A stretch of DNA of 64,000 nucleotides, taken from the NCBI RefSeq assembly GCF_001194135.2, contig NC_068998.1:27134354-27198353 (forward strand), written 5' to 3'. Of this stretch, positions 63,431 to 64,000 are shown piece by piece. The notes below the pieces were generated by a model. It did not search any database. It had not been told where the DNA came from and saw only the letters and a program-made list of their open reading frames with translations. The position numbers were made by a program, and so were the translations under genes. The DNA is from Octopus bimaculoides (lineage: Eukaryota). Numbering within the stretch: the first letter of the stretch is position 1; every line of letters starts with the position of its first letter.

Positions 63431-63957
63431 GGATATATATATATATATATTATATATGTAAATATATTATACCTCTCTGTCACTGCCACCATTCTAGAGA
63501 CTTGAGTGTGCCCAAGAAGAAGCCACACATCAGGATTAAACCAAGACTATAACTGTATGGCTGAATAATTAAGAAATTTGCTTCACAAGCATAAGGACTT
63601 GGGTTCAATCCCAATGTGTGGCATCTTGGGCAAACGTCATTTTCTATAACCTCTACAAGTGAAATTTTCAATAGCTTCTATGAATTAAACTGGGTAGACA
63701 GAAACTGTATAGAAGCTCTTTGGAAGGTTTTATATCTTTAATTCAAAGATACAACTTTATCATGGAGTGTCATGCTGATTCTGCTGGAGAACTGCATCAG
63801 TGGGTACACATCTGTGGAATGCTCAGTCACATAGTTGACTGAACAACTGAATACACTTCATTGAAATCACTGGAGATCCATTCATGTGTATGTATGTATG
63901 GGAGAATATATATATATGTATAAGTATGTGGTGTGGGTGTGTATGTATGTCTGCATG

Positions 63958-64000
<43 letters not shown>

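Overview
AT-rich, repeat-dense animal genomic DNA with 8 N-gaps. The SINE/LINE/microsatellite landscape looks like Octopus (coleoid cephalopod); this is inferred, not proven. One protein-coding gene is reconstructed by hand on the minus strand: a Polycomb group RING finger protein PCGF3 (PCGF3/5 class). It has 7 coding exons, join(32372..32264, 28969..28873, 20184..20129, 15337..15272, 12760..12531, 8497..8417, 7399..7355), all introns GT-AG with consistent phases, 684 nt = 227 aa + stop (N-terminal C3HC4 RING, C-terminal RAWUL). The rest is intron, UTR and flank. It holds decayed non-LTR retrotransposons (HERO-like, two R4/Dong-like subfamilies, CRE-like, RTE, CR1-like), several tRNA-derived or RTE-tailed SINE families, hAT (Buster-type) and piggyBac-like MITEs, a hAT transposase remnant and Helitron/Helentron-like elements. 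Best leads: (1) a frame-preserving 15-nt candidate microexon just after the RING domain, with an alternative donor that creates a stop codon; (2) a 245-bp fold-back palindrome with 115/116 arm identity; (3) R4/Dong-type 3' ends that repeatedly sit antiparallel in the (ATT)n tails of SINEs; (4) a uORF overlapping the start codon plus candidate 5' UTR exons. No CRISPR, rRNA or bona fide tRNA genes were seen. Repeat boundaries are approximate unless TSDs are quoted.
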